DNA of 63,961 bases, the filler included, from Basidioascus undulatus (Eukaryota), in the NCBI GenBank assembly GCA_000826855.1. It is 3 parts of 3 records of this genome, joined end to end, with 100 filler letters (N's around TTAATTAATTAA, not from the genome) between each part and the next. Parts side by side here need not be neighbours in the genome. Positions count along the whole stretch, not along the records: positions 1 to 21,641 come from JTLS01000324.1; 2 more parts are not named here. One strand, written 5' to 3'. The notes beneath the pieces were generated by a model. The model was not told where the DNA came from. It ran no database searches and was given only the letters and a program-made list of their open reading frames with translations. The position numbers were made by a program, and so were the translations under genes. Shown here one piece after another: positions 1 through 12,560 of this stretch. The first letter of the stretch is position 1, and each line of letters begins with the position of its first letter.

Positions 1-1759
1 CCCTCCCAGCGTCTTCCCGACCGTAATCGGCCTGCCGCACAGCTCGTCCTCGTCCTCCGCGCCGTCGGGCGCGCGCCCGCCCGTCGCGGCCAAGCCGTCG
101 CACCTCGCGTCCAAGCGCGGGATCGAGGACCTCGACTTCCACATCGGCGACGACGCCGTCGCGCACTCAAAGTCGTACGCGCTCCAGTACCCGATCCGCC
201 ACGGCATGGTCGAGAACTGGGACCTCATGGAGCGCTTCTGGGAGAAGAGCATCTTCCAGTATCTCCGCGCTGAGCCGGAGGACCACTACTTCCTGCTCGT
301 GCGTTGGCGGACTTGGTTCTTGGGATGGGAGGGCAGGATGAGGATGCTGAAGGTTGGTTATGCGTGGGTTGGAACAGACTGAGCCCCCGCTTAACCCCCC
401 CGAAAACCGCGAGGCTACGGCCGAGATCATGTTCGAGTCGTTCAACGTCGCGGGTCTCTACATCGCCGTCCAAGCCGTCCTCGCTCTCGCCGCCTCCTGG
501 ACATCCTCCAAAGTGACCGACCGCACCCTGACCGTATGTCTCCTCCTTACCTCGTATCATGATCACACCTCTCTCCGTCTCTCCCCCTTACTCTCACTTC
601 CTTGCCTCACCGGCTCCCTTTCCTCCCATCTCACCGCACTTCCCCTCCTCATCCCCCTCCTAAAGGGTACCGTGATCGACTCCGGCGATGGCGTGACGCA
701 CGTGATCCCTGTCGCGGAGGGGTACGTGATCGGATCCTCGATCAAGCACATCCCGATCGCGGGTCGGGACATCACGCACTTTGTGCAGACGCTCCTGCGC
801 GAGCGCGGCGAGACGGCGGCGATCCCGCCCGAGGACCAGCTCCGCGTCGCGGAGAAGATCAAGGAGGACTACTCGTACGTCTGCCAGGACATCGTGCGCG
901 AGTTTGGCAAGTACGACGCGGACCCGTACAAGTACTTTGAGCGCTTCGAGGGAGAGCACTCGGTCACTGGGAGAGTGCGTTTATTCCCCTCTTGTCTTCT
1001 CATCCCTGCGTCGCATTCTCCAAGATTGGATGCTGACACCGTTTGGCGGCACTCCAACAGAGATACCACGTCGACATCGGCTACGAGCGCTTCCTCGCAC
1101 CCGAGATCTTCTTCAACCCCGAGATCGCGTCCTCGGACTTCCTCACGCCCCTCCCGCAAGTCGTCGACGACGTCATCACGTCCTCGCCCATCGATGTCCG
1201 CCGCGGTCTGTACAAGGTCCGTCTTATCTACCTCCTCCCCTTCCTACGGTCCCTCTCGTTGCTTACGCAAGGACTACTGCGATAGAACATCGTTCTTTCC
1301 GGCGGGTCGACGATGTTCGACCACTTCGGCAACCGCCTCAAGCGCGACCTGAAGCAGCTCGTCGACGCCCGTCTCGCTGCGAGCGAGACCGCCAGCGGGT
1401 CCCTCCTCCGCGTATGCTTTCCCGTCTTCTCCCTCGATCTGAGTCTCGTCTGGGCTGATCTCGAAACTATGCACGCTGGGACAGTCGTCCGGCGTCGAGG
1501 TCAACGTCATCTCCCACAAGCGCCAGCGGTACGCCGTCTGGTTTGGCGGGTCCATGCTCGCTAGCACTGTGCGTCGCCTTTCCCTCTTACCCCTCTCCCC
1601 ACATCTCATTCCTTCACCTATTTCGCTTACATCGCGACTTGGTTGCGTTGTTGCTTTTAACAGCCCGAGTTCTACTCGTCCTGCTACACCAAGGCCGACT
1701 ACGACGAGGTCGGGCCGAGCATCTGCAGGCGCTACGCGATCTTTGGGAGCTCGACTTGA
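1..1759 (+). CDS. ARP3: Actin-related protein 3 (Arp2/3 complex subunit); multi-exon, 5' end outside window
   Basis: Spliced exons give [116 protein letters not shown]; stop TGA 1757-1759. Confidence 0.97.
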
Positions 1760-2584
1760 GCACTGTCGGGAGAGCCGTTTGGGATGTAGAGGCTGGTTGG
1801 CGCGGCGGTGGGTGGCCGAGAAGAGCGTATGGGTGGGGTGGGGGTGGGTGATGGTGGTTGTGAGATGAAGGGACGATGCGGGATGAGGTGAGATTCGCTG
1901 GATCTGTTTGCTTTTCTTGCGTTGCTGCGTTTGTGCGTTGCCTACGCGTTTGGACTGCTTGGCCTAGGAAGTCTTAATAACGTGTAACACCTTGACATTC
2001 CGGTTGTCAACCTGAAGCCATGTTCGTGACTTTCAGAACTCGTATTAGGTTTTCCAGCGGCGTAGGCGCTGTTTCCCGGTGCTAGTGGAGCGTTCCACGT
2101 TCCAACGCGACACATCACGCCGCCTTCTGGCGCCTCTATATTTGCTTTACGGCGGACCCAAACAAGGCTTCATTCATTTACTTCCGTCAAGTACGCCTTT
2201 ACAGTGCGCTGTCTTTTGTGGGTCGGCCGGTGTGGAGGCATTCCGGCCCCTTTCATCGTCGGCATCCAAACTTGAGGAGGATCAAGGTTCAAGCTCGCAA
2301 GCTCGACGAACGCGATCCGTCGTTCCCGCCTCCCTCGGCACTTGATACATCAAAGGATTCTTTCTGCTTCCCTTTCATTTCCAGGATACTCACTAACAGC
2401 GCGTTATCCACCCCTTTCAGCCACGCCCACCCAAGTCCTTGTGTCGTGTCCTCCCTCCGTTCCTCCCTATCGCCCCACCCTTCCCGGTCCCTACCTGCCG
2501 GAACAAGCAGATGATTAAGTCAGCCGACTCTTCTTCGAACGCTGTTGAGCATCAGGTTGCTGCACGGTGCATCCCTTCCTGGGA

Positions 2585-2591
2585 TATATAA
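2585..2591 (+). promoter_or_regulatory. TATA box (TATATAA) of the small CAAX peptide gene
   Basis: TATATAA about 115 nt upstream of ATG 2702, followed by a pyrimidine-rich leader. Confidence 0.55.
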
Positions 2592-2701
2592 GCAGCTCCT
2601 GCGCCGCCTCGCAGTCCTTGCAGCCTACAGCCGACTTTCACTTTCCACGTCCACTTCCAACCGCACAGCACTCTATCCCTCTCTATACGAGCCTCATCGC
2701 C

Positions 2702-2955
2702 ATGCAGCCTTCCGAGACCACCACCGCTGCTGCCCCCTACACCGCTGTCGCTGCCGACTGTGCCGTCGCTGTCGACGCCGGGAAGGCGCAGACGGGCACG
2801 CTCGTCGACGAGGAGAAGAACCCTCGTGAGTGTTGATGCCTACCCCTACCCCTTCTTGTTTTCTTAAACCTATCACACTCAATCCCAACCAACTCCCGCT
2901 CACGTGCCTATTTTCCCCAGAATACACCAACCCCGTGCAATGCATCGTCGCCTGA
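2702..2955 (+). CDS. 52-aa CAAX-box lipopeptide (mating pheromone-like) precursor; exons 2702-2825 and 2921-2955
   Basis: Removing intron 2826-2920 (GTGAGT...GCTCAC...TTTTCCCCAG) gives MQPSETTTAAAPYTAVAADCAVAVDAGKAQTGTLVDEEKNPQYTNPVQCIVA*. It has a C-terminal CIVA CAAX motif and an acidic/charged VDEEK site 10-11 residues before the Cys. Confidence 0.75.
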
Positions 2956-5900
2956 GACGCCGCACAGTGCCAGTGCCGCGCAGCCCGTGCGTGCTCTTTC
3001 CGTACCTCTCACGTTTTTTGCTGACATCCCGCCTCTCCCCCAAATCAGGAATGCGTCACCCCCCATTTCTACTCGTCTTTCGTCGACCTCTTCCTGTCGT
3101 CGTGTTGCCACATTCGCTTTCCTTCCCTTGGTTGCTCCCCTTTCGTTGTCCCGTGCGGGCAACATTGTTTGTTCTCTGGTCTAGGAAAGTGCGGTTGAGC
3201 TTGTTTTGTATAATACATTGTACTTGATTGCTTGCGAGCTTAGGCTCCTGCTGTGGCTGTCTTGGTTATGGCCTTTCGGTCATCGGTGCATGGAGGATTG
3301 CCGCGTGTAAAAGTGGTTATCTGTCAGCCCCTTACGAATGGAATACAAAAAAACACACTTCTGGTGACTCACCGCTTGTACTTGTAGCAGCTTGTGTTGC
3401 CAGCTGGCTGCTATGGTCAGTGCAGAAGACACCAAGCTACGCGCCGATGGCGGATATGCCCGCTTCAGAAACAGTGGGTCACTTTTCTTGAAGCATGTGC
3501 GAGAAACGGGAACAAACAGTGGAAACCCTCGGGTGAGCAGGTACGGGCAGGATAATCCCGAAATGGGCATAGCGAGTGTCTGCTCTCGAAGATAGGCGGC
3601 CAGCCAGCTCTCTAGCGATAAAGAGCAGTGAAATTGGTCCAGAACATGCTCAAAAGGACTGGATTAGAAGTGCCTTCTATAAAATGTCACTGCAGGAGGG
3701 AGCAACAAGAACTGATGAGGCTTGATGCTAATGGACGACCGAAGTGCAAGTCGAGATGTGCACAGCGGAACGCAGCAAAGAAAAAAAAGGGGCCCTGGGC
3801 CAGTTTTTAACAAACTCTCTACAAAAGAGGCTCAGAGGAAATTTCAAAATGAATCTGCGGTAGATAGGAGGGTGTGACCGCTGCTGCTGAAGCTTGCTAC
3901 TGGTTAACGCAGGCGTCTGCAACCGTGGTGCTCGATAAGGCCTTTCTTGCGTCCCTTTGTGAGCACAATGAAAGGTAATTCTTCCCTACCACCGTACCGA
4001 CCGCTTTCCCTCCCCCGCATCTTCTTCTTCTTTAGCTTCGCTACCCCTCTCACTACGTTTTTCTTCGAAGAAAAGCTGTGGGGGGAATTCTTTACCACAC
4101 AATATAAATGCGACACCTACTCCGTTTTGTGAAGCTAGCCGACAAGCAGACCGGATTGCGAATCTCGACTTCACGTCTGGCATGCCGAGTGTCGCAGTCT
4201 GCGCTCTGATTGCGTTCGGTTTCTGACCGGCGACACGACGTGATGAGCCCATCGAACAATGTAAGGAGCTTCCTTCGTACTGATGGCCACATAAACCTTC
4301 CAAAGTACTTCCCTTCGTCCCTCTCTTTCTTCAACAACCGCGGCCTTCCACCATCGCACCCATCCAGCGCATCGCGCGCCCGGCCGCTCCCCCTTTCCCC
4401 GCCGTACGCCATAACTACTCGACATGCCCAGCACCATGGTACTGGGAGAACCTCCCATGCCTTCGTATTGGATTAACCCACCGAGTAAGCATGCCGAGCG
4501 GTCCGCGGTTGCGGATAAGCTCGAGTGGGCGCTCAGTCGCTGCAAAGGCCGTCTCGGACGCCGCGTTCCGGGAACAGTGGGTCCGGACCCACGGCGCCTC
4601 CCGGCCGGGACATATTCAATCGGTTCAAGAGACTCAGCGGAGCAATGGTGCCGTGCAGAAGTGGGCGGAAGACCTGAAGGAGTGGGTGGTGGTGGATGTG
4701 CAAGGTGAGCTCGCAGCTTCGTCTTTCTCTGTGTTGTGTGCAAACGTGGTGATCCAATATCTTTGCACTTTGCCAGGGGCCGTATATAATCCAAGAGTCC
4801 TTTCCGGATAGTCTGGGCTCTCGTGAAACCGGATAACGCAAACGGCAGGCGTCACACCGGGCGCTCAAGATGCGATCCTGAATACGACTGTAACGAGTTT
4901 CTGAGGGTTGACCACATTATCCATAAGCATTAAATCATTTTTACAGTAAATTATGCTGGGGATATGTGGTGGGAATGATTGTCGTCTGTCTTAGAGAACA
5001 GCAGCATTGGAAGGAAGCATGAAGAAGCTAACACCGATGGAAACATGCACAAATTGTACTCAGCTCCATCCCCATCAGTAAATAAAGTGGCCGTACTCCA
5101 GATTTCTAAAATTCTAAAGCTTTGGTAAATTAGGTGTGGAGCTCAGGTGCACATAGCTGACTTTTGTTAGAATGGAGACAACTGACTGACAAAGACCTAC
5201 CCCTTCCCCCGTTTACCGGCCCCGAAAGATGCCCTCTGAGTCTTTCTCGGCTTCCCTACGGTACTGTGGAGTGAGGGTCCAGCCTTTAACAATCAATATC
5301 ACGATGGAAATACATACACCTCATCATATGTCTTTGGGATCTTTGACCAAACTAGCGAGGAGCGCTTCAGCAGCGCAGTTGATGGTTGCCCTGAACGTCT
5401 CGAGCTGCCACATCCCAGCATAGCACCCTTTCCGATCCGCGTCGTCCTCCCAGAACCAAGGCACTCCAAGTTGGCGCTCTTATGCCCTAGATATCTCCTC
5501 CATCTTGGCGCGTCAAAACGCTTGCTCGGGTTCATTGGCGAGGACGTCGGCTTCATCAACGTCGATTTCATCGGGCGCGACATCGACCGGCAAGAGATTG
5601 CTAACGAGGCAAACCACCGTGGGTTGGAGATCGTCGGTTCGAGCTCGCGCCTGTGCGCTCGTCCAATGTGGCCATCCAATAGACACTCGGAGATCTTGCC
5701 CTGCTCCGCTGTTACGACTGAATGATAAAGGAAGAATAGGCTAGAACTGTCACAAAGTGTTCTGGCGGGAGGCAGACGTTTTCCGGTCTTATGACCTGTT
5801 GCTTTCAATCATTTTTCTCTTCTCTGTGTAACTCTTGGGCCGAACGCCAAAGTTTGCGCTAGGCAGGGCGCGATGACTACATTGGGGAGCACCCTGCCAG

Positions 5901-6529
5901 CTCCAACCGATCGTATTAAGAACGCGCTCCCTGCCGTCTTGCACCTGTTCACATCTCTTCCATGGCCGTCCCGTCCCGTTCGCTTCTCACACGCCGTCCG
6001 CCAGATGTCATCAGATATTCTCCTGTGTTGAGCAAAATCTATCCGGTTGCAGAAAGAGAGCAGACTAGACTCAGAGCATGCGATAGATCGTGGCCGAGAG
6101 ACAAGAGCGAGTGTACAGTGTACAGCGGCGAGTCAAAAACAGCGGAACGACGGGCTAGCTACGAGGTACAGCGCCAAACTAGGTTCCGCCCTTAACTCGA
6201 TCCTGCCCCACAGCTGTTGAGCTTCCCCGCCATCAAGAGCTACGTCCTCGTCGTCCAACCCAACCTATCACGCGAGAGAATGCACATGGAAGACGAGAAA
6301 GGGAAATGATGATGGGGGATAAGGAAAGTGTGGGGTGGAGGGTGAGAAGAGAGTCGAAACAAAAAGGGAAATGAGGGGAACGAAGAAGGGAGGAAGGGGG
6401 GAGGGGGAAGGGGACGCCACGACAGGGTCTCGGCGTTGAAGTACGCGTCGGGGAGGGCGTGAGGATGGGGGCGTGGGGAAGAGGGATATGGTGAGGTGGA
6501 GGACGGTCGGTCGGGTCGGATGAGGCGCG

Positions 6530-6690
6530 GAGAGACGAAGTCGGCTGGCGGAGATGTGTGTAGAGCCAAGTTGGTCGAGTACGTATGCGCTGTCAAGGAC
6601 CTTGACCACCGTGTGCCCAACATCCCACTGCTCCCCCAGCTTCGCCGTCTTCCCCCGGCTTCCGCACATCCACAGATGCTCCCATCATGA
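6530..6690 (-). mobile_element. Possible degenerate Ty3/Gypsy integrase C-terminal fragment
   Basis: GKTAKLGEQWDVGHTVVKVLDSAYVLDQLGSTHISASRLR resembles the KL..xW.GPY.VV.VL..AY.L...(H/S)..RL pattern after Gypsy integrase cores. No RT, integrase core or LTR seen. Confidence 0.35.
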
Positions 6691-8079
6691 AACGGACGAC
6701 CGCGTCCATTCGGAGCGCAGGGAGGGACAGGCAAAAAGCGATCTACTCACACGAAGTCTGGCACGGATTGTGGAGAGAAGCAGAGAGGCGGCGCGCCCAG
6801 ACGACTACCCCATCGGCGCGACAGGGTAAGTCAAGTTCCAGTCTGAAACGGAGAGCGGCCTTCCGAGCATAAGAGCATCCAAATCACATGGACTGAGTCG
6901 CCCTGCGTCGGACCGCTTCCGCTAGACACTGCTCAGGAGCTCGCCCGGTCAGCCGCGCCTGATGCAGGTGGATAACCCGGGCATAGAAAACGACGCATCT
7001 CCAGAACCGACGCGGCTCGGAGGGGATAGACAGACAGACAGACAATATTATCGATGCAAGGGCGTCTAAAGAGAAGCGACACCTGGCTAAGAGCCCGTTC
7101 TGATGCATCATTTTGGAAAAGTGACGATCACTGCACCCGACATTTTGAGCTGTAGAAGTGTTGGAGCCTCACTTTGCAAGCTGCGCGCACACGAATGGCC
7201 TGATACTTTCCAGAAATGCTGGCCGAGTGGAGGCAAAAAGTGCCGCGAAGCGAGGGCAAGAGAGCACGAAGTGTCGACACTTCCCGGAAGTTCACCCCTC
7301 AGAGGTCAATCTCCTTGCCGCGGGCGACACTTCCAGAGAGTGTCGAGCCAGGATTCGAGCCAGCGACACACGGACGCATGCTCGCTGGAGGAAGTGTCGA
7401 CTTGAGTCGACACTTCGTTTCGCGCGGTAACTCCTGCAAAGTGTTGTTGCCGAACGAGCCCTAAGCTATCTAAACTAGAGAAGGCCAGTCGGCGGCAAAA
7501 TACAAGTGCGTTATGCGTTTGAAGATGCGGGAGGATGGTGCGAGAGAAAGCGAACTAATAGATCGTGCGGATATAGAGTGCGGATGGGGAGCGGGTGAAA
7601 AAAAAAATCAGAGCAGTATGGCTGTGTCCTCCTCCGCTTTCCATACCGACGCTGCCCACTTCCCAACAATCCCGCACGTCTTCCCACCCCGGACCAGGCG
7701 CTGCAGCGTCCCGGTCCGGTCAATCCGCCGCCAGTCCCCTCCAGTCCCGCTACACTCCGTCAATAACGCGGAAGGCCGCCTCCTGCAGCGCCGCGAGGCG
7801 CGCTTGCGTGCACCCGAAGAAGGCGTGAGCCTCGTCCTCCACCATCTCACATCCTCGGCGGCAGCCGCGCTCGCTAGGGGAGGACAGGGAGTGCTGACTC
7901 GACGACGCGTCGAGGCGGAGGAAGAACCGCGCGCGAGGCGCGAGGCGCGCCCTACGCGCTCTGCCGTCGGCTATCGAGTTCCAACTCTTTACCTCTTACC
8001 ACCTTGTAGCACTTTGTACCACCGTGCTACCTCCAGATCGCCATATTTCTTCCCAACAACAGTCAATTTTCATACCATC

Positions 8080-9219
8080 ATGACCCGTCGCGTCCACATC
8101 GCCGTCCTCCTAGCCGACACGCCCGTGCGTCTTCTCTTTTCCTCTGCGCTTGCTTCCTCCTTGGCACCTGACCCCTCGGGCTGCCCTCAGAACCCGGCCG
8201 TCCTCGCAGCGCACGGAACCTACCGCGACGTGTTCTCTGAGCTCCTTCAAGGGTCGCTTGCACGGACGAGCGCGGGGGCGAAAGGCGAGGTGGAGTTGAG
8301 CGTGGAGGGATTCGACGTCGTCCAGGGGGTTTACCCGTCCCCGTCCGAAATCGACGCGTTTGACGCAGTCTTAATCACCGGGTCAGGTACGTCTTCGCGC
8401 GGTTCCTATTCTTGACATACCTCGTTGCGCCTTTTAATGAGGCGGGAATTGTATAGCCGCGTCCGCCTACGAAACCCTACCCTGGATCGACTCGCTGGCG
8501 CGCTACCTGAAGGACCTGGCGGACGCGCACCCGGCTGTGCGGATCATGGGCATCTGCTTCGGGCACCAGGTGCTTGCGCGCGGGTTTGGGGTCCCGGTGG
8601 AGCGGAACGAGAAGGGTTGGGAGGTCGGGACGACGCCTTTCGTCGCCACGGAAGACGGTCAGAAGTGGTTGGGGCTAGGGAAGGAGGTGGTACGTCATTT
8701 TCATACTCTTCCACAAACTTTCTTTCGAGAGCCACTGGAACTGAATAGGGGGCAAGGAAACAGAAAATCCAGCAAATGCACCGAGACCACGTCCCCTCCG
8801 TGCCCGAGGGATTCACGAACCTCGGCTCCTCCCCCGTCTGCGCAAACCAAGGCTTCGTCCGGCTCTACCCGACCCAACCACCACCGCCCTACTCCTCCGC
8901 GCCTTCCGTCACCCCCTCATCGCCCGTCCACATCCTCACCCTCCAGGGCCACCCGGAGTTCACGCAGTCCATCGTGGACAAGATCGTCGAGTACGTCTTC
9001 CTTCCTCCGCAGACCTGGGTCTAGAGGGATACGGAATGCTTACAGTGAGGGATGCGGAATGCCGACACTGAGGATTGGGTGGGATGGGATTACAGTGCGA
9101 GGGAACGCGCTGGGATTTTCGATAGGACGTTCGCGAACGAGAGTCGGACGCGCGCGGCGGCGAAGCATGACGGGTTTGCGCTGGGTCGGGCGGCGCTGAA
9201 GATTCTGGGGATTGAGTAG
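8080..9219 (+). CDS. Class I glutamine amidotransferase-like protein (multi-exon)
   Basis: RVHIAVLLADTP, DAVLITGS, IMGICFGHQVLA (nucleophile Cys), GWEVG, QMHRDHV, LTLQGHPEF (His-Glu); stop TAG 9217-9219. Confidence 0.9.
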
Positions 9220-9463
9220 ACATGCCTGCTTGACCGTTGGTTTAAAATGCAGCGGAAGTTCGACGCGTCACGCCCGACGCATTGGAAGTGGGTGAGGTTG
9301 TCGGATTCGAGCACACACCTTTCTTGGCCTACGCGTCCACGAGAGACGGGAGAAGTGTATCGCCAACACATCTACCAATCACTAACAACGCGCTAGAACA
9401 GATACGGTCTACGCAAGTCCTCTGCCTGGTCTCAACCGCCGTCCATTCCCACCCTCTCCCCGC

Positions 9464-11130
9464 TCATGCGTCCCCCTCCAACAAGTTATGCTTTCGCTGC
9501 GCCTTTACCACCCGCACGCGATCGCCCACCGAGATCGTCCCTTCCGAGTTAACGGGGACGACGTTCATCCTGCCATCCGTGTCGTGTTGTCAGCCAGACG
9601 AAATGACGGCAAAGGGGTGGGAATAAAAGAGCGAAGAAAGGACCGACCCTAAGCAAGGAGAGTACTTGTCCCGCTTGTCGACGCGTCGGTATTTGGAGAG
9701 GACTTTGTAGGGTATGGCGGCGTCCTATGGTCGCGGAGGGACAAGATGATGAGTGGAGGTAGGAGGGTGAGAAAATTATGCAGCCCAGCCAGACCTTGAT
9801 GCCTGTCTCCGGGTCGATGTTCGGCAACTGTCCCAGCGATTGCCGTAAGCGTGAGGCCTGGACAAGCAGAAGGTCAAGGAAAAAGATACCTGGCACCTCG
9901 TGCATCTCTGCGGCAACAGCAACCGCACTTCCTGCTCCTCCCCAACCGAGATCTCCACCCAGTCATCCTCCTCAAAGCCTCGCATCTCCCTCCCTCCCAC
10001 CGCGCGGACGACGATATTGGGCCTGAAGCGGGAAGCAGGGAGGGACTTTGTCTTCCACGCCTCCGCGTCCATGCCTGGCACGGCGTCTGCGGCGGAGGAG
10101 GCCACGAGGCGGATGTGCTGTTCTGCGTCGGCGAGGGATGCCGAAGAGAGGAGCATGAATGGGTAGCCGTCGGCGAAGCGCGTGTCGGGGCCGCCGTCGC
10201 TGTTGCGGTGCAGTTCAGTTTTGAGCCTGAGCAAGCGGGTGTGAGAGGCGCTTCGAGCTTACTAGGACAGGAGCGACGCGTCCGTGTCGGGCACTACGCG
10301 CTGCTTGGGACCCTTCATCAGGAGCAGGCACTGCCTCCCGAGGTGCGCGGACAGGATCTCCGAGGGGGAGGCGTCTGCCCCTTCCGCGGCGGGCACGACG
10401 TAGCCGTCGACCTTGTCCCACCACAGGGTGACGTCCGAGATCCTATCGCAATTGGCTCGTGTTAAGCTCTGTTGATGGCGAGTAAGAACGAGAGGAAGAA
10501 CGCACTTCTCCCAAGTTGCTAGCTCCTCAGCAGGCGGGTTCAAGGGGATCGCGAACGAGGGCGTGGACGGATCGTCAGGGAACGAGACGACGAGCTTCCC
10601 CTCGTCCGGCGCGGTATCATCGCGCTGGATGGAAGGGAAGATGCGGACCATCTGGCGGGGTCGGACTCGTCAGCGCGGCTGGAGTGGTAGGTCATGCGTG
10701 GGTGGGCGCACCTTGCTAATCTCCCGCGCTGTGAGAGCCTTGTGCTTCGCCACGTCAAGGAGCATCCATTGGCGGTCGTACTGTTGTGATGGATGCGTAT
10801 GAGAGGCCAGTTGAGGAAGGGGAAGGAAGAAAGGCTCGCCTCGAACCCGAATCGCGTAAAGGAGGCAGAGGTGATTTCGGTACCGGCGCAGCTCTGTCCT
10901 TCCCAAACTCATTCAGGACACCGAGCGGAGAGCTTTTCCATGGTACAAGAAAGGTCGGCTGTACCTTGATCGGATACACTGTGGACAAGTCTCTCAGCGC
11001 AACGCCAAGCGGTGTGGGTCAGGGGGAGAAGGGGCGCACCGAACAGCTTCGAAACCTCGATAGCGGGCTGCGCTTCCTCCCGAACATCCCCCATAACAGC
11101 GGAAGAAACCGCTTTGATATTGCGTTGCAT
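9464..11130 (-). CDS. MOSC domain protein (mARC/YcbX-like; MOSC_N plus MOSC_C), multi-exon
   Basis: IEVSKLF/VYPIK, YDRQWML, FADGYPFMLLSSASL, RFRPNIVV, FEEDDW, QRCTRCQ|LPNIDPETG, GTISVGDRVRV; stop at 9464-9466. Start codon tentative. Confidence 0.9.
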
Positions 11131-11512
11131 GTTCAGTAGATGATGCCGGTTAAAGGCCAAGCGAGCGAAGGCCGTCAGTTGCTGTTCGGCGAAATGACAA
11201 CCGCCGCATGATATCTACTGCCCGTGCGGCTGCATGCGTGCAAAATTATGTCCAAAATACGCCAATTATTCGTACGCATCTCCCGGTTATAGTCTTGGGA
11301 TATATTGCAGGTTGGGCTTTTCGCAAGTTTGTGAGTCACTCAGGGTCACGAGGCGCGATGGTTTTCATTTACGAGGGCGCGTCTTCCCACGTCTCCACTT
11401 CATCTTCTCTACTCCCAACTTCAAATTGCTCTCAGACCATTTTCCACTCGCGGTTCATCTGCTCTTCTCCCTTTCAAGTACCGCCTGACAGCAGGTACAT
11501 CCTTGTATCGCG

Positions 11513-12560
11513 ATGGCCGACTCTGGTGCTCCCCATCCCGCGGCATCCCACGTCCCGACAGTTGAAGAGCTGAACACGACCATCCAAGCCTCGCGAGCAC
11601 GCGAGCCGACACTGTCGTACGAGAAGCTCCGGGCGCAGCTCATCGAAGAGCATCCCAACTGGTCTCTCTCCCTGAACCGCGTCAAAGATGTCGCGAAGAG
11701 CGCTGGCTTCGGCACGGTAGTGGCGGCGGCGAAGAATTCGGCGCTCGGTTCAGCGTTCGAACTCGATGAAGGTGGGGAGGCAGGGAAGAAGGTGGCTGCA
11801 AACGGTGGGGAGGAGGACAATGTAAGTTTTTCTTGTCTATTAGGAACGAATTAAAAGGGCTGATGAGGAGTGGGATAGGATGGCGCACCAAGACCGATGT
11901 CGAAGGCGCTCAAAGAGCACATCCAGCGCCAGAACAGCCGCGGGTAAAGTTTCTCTCTCAAGAGCAATCGAGGCCGGCCTACTTTTTACCAACATTTTCA
12001 ATGTCTATCTTCGCAAACAGGTACTACTCCGCCATTTAAGTCAGCCCTTGCACAGGCTCTGTGGTTCATGACACCTTTTCATGCGCTGCATAGCTAATGA
12101 AAACCCGGGCGGAGGAGGGCAAGGATCTAGCAAAGTCCGTGCACATGAGTCTGCTCTTCTTGTCAGCCAACCTTCATGTCCATGTTCACTGCTCGCTCAC
12201 TCCTCGCCCAGTCCATCAGCAAGTAACTTCCGGAGACTATAGTTTAGTACATGTACGACACTAAGGATTCGTGTATTCTACCCACACTCGAGGATGCCGC
12301 TCGTGATGGTCGGATCTCCGACGCCCAACTGCGCGCACAGCTTAAGCGCGAGTGGGGTCTTTTACTCTTTTGCTTCTCACTTCATCCAACTAACTTCTGA
12401 TCATCCGCGCCGCACTCAATACGGAGTCGACCCACTCTAGGGTGCGCCCCCCCCTACAGGTTCACGCAAGGAGGCGGCGAAGCGGCGAGCGGAACACGAC
12501 AAGCTCAGTCGGATGGCGGCGGGGCTGAACGCGGATCTGGCGAAGTTTGGACTTTGAGAT
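11513..12560 (+). pseudogene. Hypothetical fungal protein, probably decayed downstream of exon 2
   Basis: Exon 1 encodes PTVEELNTTI...EPTLSYEKLRAQLIEEHPNWSLSLNRVK, a helical N-terminal motif I recall from basidiomycete proteins. Later segments (AARDGRISDAQLRAQLKREW, YGVDPL) are interrupted by stops in my splice reconstruction. Confidence 0.4.

Noticed and set aside
2150..2360. HMG-box pheromone-response-element-like words (AACAAGG, ATCAAAGGA) upstream of the CAAX gene
   Set aside because: Only partial matches to the known elements, expected by chance.
4424..4811. Overlapping plus-strand ORFs with a possible splice donor
   Set aside because: No recognisable family, and no consistent exon chain could be built.
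7513..8079. Long in-frame extension upstream of the GATase-like gene
   Set aside because: Low-complexity Arg/Pro/Ser translation with no motifs; ATG 8080 fits the family N-terminus.
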